DNA from: an uncultured bacterium
Lineage (GTDB): Bacteria; Bacillota_I; Bacilli_A; RF39; UBA660
Length of the DNA: 51,665 nt
Direction: 5' to 3'
Assembly (NCBI GenBank): GCA_900314465.1
Contig: OMVK01000039.1
Span: 1-51,665, forward strand
This document shows, piece after piece, positions 46,859 to 51,665 of the stretch (the first letter of the stretch is position 1; each line of letters opens with the position of its first letter). The translations under genes were made by a program, and so were the position numbers. The notes under the pieces are model-generated. The model saw only the letters and a program-made list of their open reading frames with translations. It did no database searches and was not told the origin of the DNA.

Positions 46859-48796
46859 TTAATGTCTTTTGGTGAGGATGTTATGGATGCTGGTGTAATA
46901 ATAGGTGCAGCTGCACTTACACCAACAGCATTACTTACTGATGGAGCTGGTTATATAGCATCAAAATTAACAGGTGCAGATTATGAACCAGCAACAAAGG
47001 CAATGTGGAGTGCAGCAAAGGGTTTTACTTCAAAAACACTGACAGAAGATTTGTTTAATTCAATGGAAGATACATCTTATGGAAAATGGCTTCAGAATAA
47101 TGCATATGGATATGATACAGTAAAAAATGTTTCAACATCAGCTGGTTATATGGCTGGAACAGTTGGAGCAACAATTTTAACAGGTGGATTAGCAGGAGGT
47201 ATATTAGGACTAACTCCAGCAGCAACAGGTGCATTACTTACTGGTGCAACATCACTTGGAAGAAATACTACTGCAGCTTGGAGAGATGGTGCATCAACAA
47301 CAGGAGGACTTGCCTATGGTAGTGTAATGGGTGCAAAAGATGCCGCAATGGGATATGTAGCATTACCAACAATTGGTACAGGTGTGAGTGTTGCAAATTC
47401 AGCATTAAATGCGGTAGCAAGAACAGGTCTTAATGCAGCACAAAGTGCACTTGATGTTCCACTTGAATCAGCAGCACATTTGTTATATGATCCATCAAAA
47501 GAAAAACAAAATGAATTATTAAATTTAACAAATTTTGATGAAGATGGTAATCAAATAAATAATAAGACATGGGAAGATTTAACTATATCAGATAAAGCTA
47601 AATTATATTTTGATGAAGCTGGTGGAACAAAGCAAATGATTACATCAGTAGCAACATCTGCATTAGTAAGTGGAGGGATGGAAGCTGCTAATTCATTGGT
47701 TAGTGCAAAACAAAATTTAGATTCTGATAATATTAGTACAAAAGAATCAACTGTAGACTTAGAAGATACTCTAGAGATGGAACCTGTAAAAGAATCAACT
47801 GTAGACTTAGAAGATACTCTAGAGATGGAACCTGTAAAAGAATCAACTGTAGACTTAGAAGATACTCTAGAAATGAACCCTGTAAAAGAATCAACTGTAG
47901 ATTTAGATGATACTCTTGAGATGGAGCCTATAGATTTAAATAAAAACGATTCAAACTCAACTTTAAATAATAAAAACAATAATGAAAATATAGTAACAAT
48001 AAAAGAAACAAAAGATACAACATTTGACGGAAATGCAAAGTCATTTAAAGATGTACAAAGATTCCTTCAACCACGATCAGAAGCAATTACAGCAATGTCT
48101 AAACATTTTGGTGATGCCGGTGAAAAGGTAAATGATCTCTTTAGAAAGGGTATGACTGCAGAAGAAATAATGAATGTTTTGCCAGATAACGAAAAGGGAC
48201 AATTTAAAGAATATTTAACCAACACTCATGCTGGACAATGGCTTTCAGGTCTATCTAAAGATCAAATTAAGTCAATCAATTATTATTCATCTATAAGTTG
48301 CGATGGAATACAAAATGAGCTTAGAGCTGCAACGACTGATGCAGATATAATTATTAATAGGGACAAAGTTAAAAATATAGATTCTGCCCTTGAACAGTTT
48401 GGTGGAACAAGAGAAGATGCTGTTTTATATAGAGGAGTTAACCTTAATTCATTTGCAGCTCAAGAAGGTTATGGCGAACTATTTAATGGAGTAAATGCAA
48501 ATGATCCTGTAGAAATATATGCGACACTTTCAACATTAACCGGAAAAACTTTTCATGATAAAGCATATATGAGTGCCTCACCTGGCCTAAATACATGTTT
48601 TAAAAATAGAAAAATAATACTAGAAATTGATACACCAAAAGGAAGTAAAGGAGCATATATTAATCAAATATCTGATTTTTACAACTCCGAAAATGAGTTT
48701 CTTTTACCACGTGATACATCATTAAAAATGGCAGGTGTAGCACTAAAAAAGATTGGTAATGATGAAAAAGTTGTTGTTCATTGTAAATATGAATAA
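46379..48796 (+). CDS. WXG100/LXG-like polymorphic toxin with a C-terminal VIP2-like ADP-ribosyltransferase; in-frame TGA at 46526-46528
   Basis: ATG 46379 follows RBS GAGTGA and is in frame with the track ORF 46535. Features: YY*VG..AEAF, a G/A-rich hydrophobic middle, and LYRG, YMSAS, ENEFLLPR. Confidence 0.85.
47741..47932 (+). repeat. Four tandem 48-bp coding repeats (KESTVDLEDTLEMEPV)
   Basis: Units start at 47741, 47789, 47837 and 47885; the first two are identical. Confidence 0.95.
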
Positions 48797-48802
48797 ATAG
48801 TA

Positions 48803-48811
48803 TGATATAAT
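48803..48811 (+). promoter_or_regulatory. Extended -10 promoter for the putative immunity genes
   Basis: TGATATAAT just after the toxin stop, followed by RBS GGAGG. Confidence 0.6.
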
Positions 48812-48838
48812 ACAAAATAATAATAATGGAGGGATAAT

Positions 48839-49039
48839 ATGAATAATGATAATAAAAGGAAAAGTTTTCCAGATGCAAAATTTACATTTAAAGATGATGA
48901 AGGTAAAACTAAAGAACAAATAGAAGAAGAAGTAAAAAAAATGATTGCTGAAAGAGATAGAACACTTGCGGAATTAAGAAAACAAAGAGAACAAGAAAAT
49001 ACACAAACTGAAGAAGAGAATTCTTCCAGGCACAGATAA
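48839..49039 (+). CDS. 66-aa charged protein, candidate toxin-binding immunity factor
   Basis: Strong RBS GGAGG; located between the ART toxin and the ARH gene. Confidence 0.7.
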   Translation: MNNDNKRKSFPDAKFTFKDDEGKTKEQIEEEVKKMIAERDRTLAELRKQREQENTQTEEENSSRHR

Positions 49040-49057
49040 TAAAGAAAGTGAATAATT

Positions 49058-50059
49058 ATGGTTAATAAAGAACAAATACAGTCTGGAATTTTTGGCTTTG
49101 TTGTAGGTGATGCTTATGGTGTTCCATATGAATTTTTAAAAAGAAATGATGAAAGATTAAAAAAAATCGAAGACATGAAGGCATATGGGACACACAATCA
49201 ACCATCTGGAACATGGAGTGATGATTCATCAATGACTTTATCAACAATGCAATCAATTGTTGATAATGATGGAAAGATTAATTATGATGATATAATGAAC
49301 AAATATGTTGATTGGGCAGTTAAAGCTAAATATACTGCAACCGATACTTTATTTGATATTGGAAATAGTACATATAAAGCAATAAATAAATATTTATCTC
49401 ATAGATATAGCCCGACTGAATGTGGTGGTAAATCAGTATATGAAAATGGTAATGGATCTCTAATGAGAATGTTACCTGTAATATTTGATTTGTATGATAG
49501 TGATTTAACAGACACACAAAAAAATAATATAATTAACGAATATTCATCATTAACTCATGCCAATGAGATAAGTCAAATGGGTTGTCACATCTACTATGAT
49601 TTTGTTAGTAATATAATGGATGGTCTTTCCAAAAATGAAGCATACGAAAAAGTTAAGCAAATAAACTATAAACAATACTATAATGATAGTTCCATAGAAA
49701 AGTATAAAAGAATACTAAATGGTTCATTAGATACTTTATCACAAGCAGAAATTTCATCGTCAGGATATGTAGTAGACACACTAGAAGCATCTATTTGGTT
49801 AATTTTACATACAAATAGTTATGAAGAATTAGTTAAAAAAGCTGTATCTTTAGGAGATGACACAGATACTGTTTCAGCAATTTCCGGAAGTATAGGTGGA
49901 CTAATTTATGGATACAACAATATTCCTAAAGAATGGTTGGATAAGATAAAGAAAAAAGATCAAATCAATCAATTATGTTTAAATTTTACTGAATGTCTAA
50001 ATAAAAAAAACATAAACAAAGAAGATAATTATAATGAATCATCTTGCACAAGAAGATAA
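49058..50059 (+). CDS. ADP-ribosylglycohydrolase (DraG/ARH family), predicted immunity
   Basis: GDAYGVPYEF, WSDDSSMT, GNGSLMR, THA and GDDTDT metal-binding motifs. Confidence 0.93.
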   Translation: MVNKEQIQSGIFGFVVGDAYGVPYEFLKRNDERLKKIEDMKAYGTHNQPSGTWSDDSSMTLSTMQSIVDNDGKINYDDIMNKYVDWAVKAKYTATDTLFDIGNSTYKAINKYLSHRYSPTECGGKSVYENGNGSLMRMLPVIFDLYDSDLTDTQKNNIINEYSSLTHANEISQMGCHIYYDFVSNIMDGLSKNEAYEKVKQINYKQYYNDSSIEKYKRILNGSLDTLSQAEISSSGYVVDTLEASIWLILHTNSYEELVKKAVSLGDDTDTVSAISGSIGGLIYGYNNIPKEWLDKIKKKDQINQLCLNFTECLNKKNINKEDNYNESSCTRR

Positions 50060-50114
50060 AACTTTAATTTACTTAGTTTAAGTAGTATTATATTATTATA
50101 ATAGGTGATATATA

Positions 50115-50483
50115 ATGAAGTATTATTATGGTGGAGATAGACACTATTCAATTGATTCAATAGAAGAAGTGTATTTAAATCTAAATAAAGAGATAGATAG
50201 AATAGATGCTATCATGAAAGATATTGAAAATCACATAAATGACTTAAAACCTAATTTTACTGGTGATGTAGCAAATGCATTTTATGAAAAGTTTAATAAC
50301 ATTGATTCTGAATATAAAACAATTAAAGATAATTTTAATAAATATGCAGATAGTTTATTAAAGATAAAAGATGCATATCATTATATAGATGAACAAGAAG
50401 TCAAGAAAATGGAAAAAATGACTGATGAACTTGTATCTAATCAAAAAGCTAGTATGGAAGCAAATTTAAATCAAAACAGATAA
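50115..50483 (+). CDS. WXG100-like protein (F-x-G variant)
   Basis: 122 aa helix-turn-helix pattern, central FTG..ANAF and a C-terminal YxxxD (YHYID). Confidence 0.75.
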   Translation: MKYYYGGDRHYSIDSIEEVYLNLNKEIDRIDAIMKDIENHINDLKPNFTGDVANAFYEKFNNIDSEYKTIKDNFNKYADSLLKIKDAYHYIDEQEVKKMEKMTDELVSNQKASMEANLNQNR

Positions 50484-50508
50484 TTTATAACAACAAAAAA
50501 CCATTAAC

Positions 50509-51665
50509 CGATATGAGCCCCGTTTCTTGGACAAAATAGAAACGAGGTTTTGTATGAGTAAATTAACATATGAAGATAAAATAAATTTGTATAATGATAG
50601 AAAAAAGGAATTAGTGTTGCATCGTTATCATTAAAGTATAAAGTTGCTGAGTCAGTAATCAAATATTTGATATGCTTAATTGATAAACATGGGTATGGTA
50701 TCTTAAAAAGAGATAAAAATAAATATTATTCTTCCCACGAAAAAGAAAGAATAATTTATAGAGTATTATTAAATAATGAATCCACAAATTCAGTAGCAAT
50801 AGATGAAGGACTTGCAAGCAGAGGTATGTTATGTAATTGGATTAAAAAATATAAAGAAAACGGGTATAATGTAGTTGAACGAAAGCGATGACGTCCAACT
50901 ATAAAAACAAAGACTAAAGTTAAGAAAAGCGAAATAGACAAAGAAAAAATTAAGAGACTTGAAGAAGAAAATTTATATTTGAAGGCAGAACTTGAATACA
51001 CAAAAAATTGAGAGCCTTAGTTCAAGCAAGGAAGAATCGACAACAGAAGAAAAAACAACTATTGTTACTGAACTAAGGCCTAAATATGGTTTAAAGATTC
51101 TTCTTAAAGTGTCAGGTCTTGCAAGATCAGTATATTATTACACTTTATCAAAGATTGATAAAGATAATAAAAATAAAGAAGTTATTAAGAAGATAAAAGA
51201 AATATTCATTAAAAATAAAGAGAGATATGGATATCGTAGAATAACACTTGAACTTAAGAATCAAGGTTATAATGTTAATCATAAGAAAGTTTATAGGTTA
51301 ATGCATAAACTTAATCTAAAACCACTTAAACTAAATAAAAGAAGATATTCTTCTTATAAAGGAATAATTGTAAAAATAGCCAATAATATTATTAAAAAAG
51401 ATTTCTTTGCAAACAAGCCAAATAGAAAGTGGTATACAGATGTTACTGAATTTAATCTAAGGGGAGAAAAAGTCTATCTTTCACCAATTCTAGATGGCTA
51501 TAATGGTGAAATTGTTTCTCATGACACATCAAGATGTGCTGATTTGAATCAGATAAGAAGAATGCTGGATAAAGTTTTTAATGGTAAAAAGTTAGATGGA
51601 TTAATACTTCATTCAGATCAAGGATGGCAATATCAACATAATTATTATCAGCAAAGGCTTAAAAA
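50509..51665 (+). mobile_element. IS3 family (IS150-group-like) element, orfA disrupted, truncated by the window end
   Basis: IR-like end GATATGAGCCCCGTTTCTTGGACA. HTH orfA starts at 50554. The orfB frame is open from ~51001 to the end, with YGYRR, WYTDVTEF and HSDQGWQY. Confidence 0.9.
50554..51011 (+). pseudogene. IS3 orfA pseudogene
   Basis: Frameshift in the A-run near 50601-50607 and TGA at 50889-50891 where RGRP is expected. Confidence 0.75.

Noticed and set aside
47741-47932. CRISPR array
   Set aside because: The units are head-to-tail with no unique spacers, are in frame within a CDS, and no cas genes are nearby.

Overview
This is a very AT-rich chromosomal window from a small-genome, low-GC Bacilli/Mollicutes-like bacterium; the 16S signatures suggest the uncultured RF39-type lineage (inference). 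The first ~43.8 kb is mostly housekeeping: dusB, uvrA, lgt, mrnC, a sigH-like sigma, secE-nusG-rplK-rplA-rplJ-rplL, rpsL-rpsG-fusA-tuf, tex, tRNA-Gly, tRNA-Asn, pgk-tpiA, one complete 16S-23S-5S operon with three tandem promoters, tsaE-tsaB-rimI-tsaD, xfp, asnB and fhs. The last ~7.5 kb is an accessory type VII secretion (T7SS)-style polymorphic toxin locus. In order, it holds a degenerate WXG100-led toxin paralogue, two DUF4176 genes, a long WXG100-led toxin with a VIP2-like R-S-ExE ADP-ribosyltransferase (ART) tip, a 66-aa protein, an ADP-ribosylglycohydrolase (ARH, predicted immunity), a free WXG100-like protein and a decayed IS3/IS150-group element. In both toxin copies the reading frame really starts 52 codons upstream of the ORF-track call. 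Each contains an in-frame TGA exactly where the Trp of the W-x-G motif should be. Several core translation components also carry unusual changes: EF-G G4/G5 motifs, S12 P90, the 16S h18 pseudoknot, and extensions on L11 and SecE.
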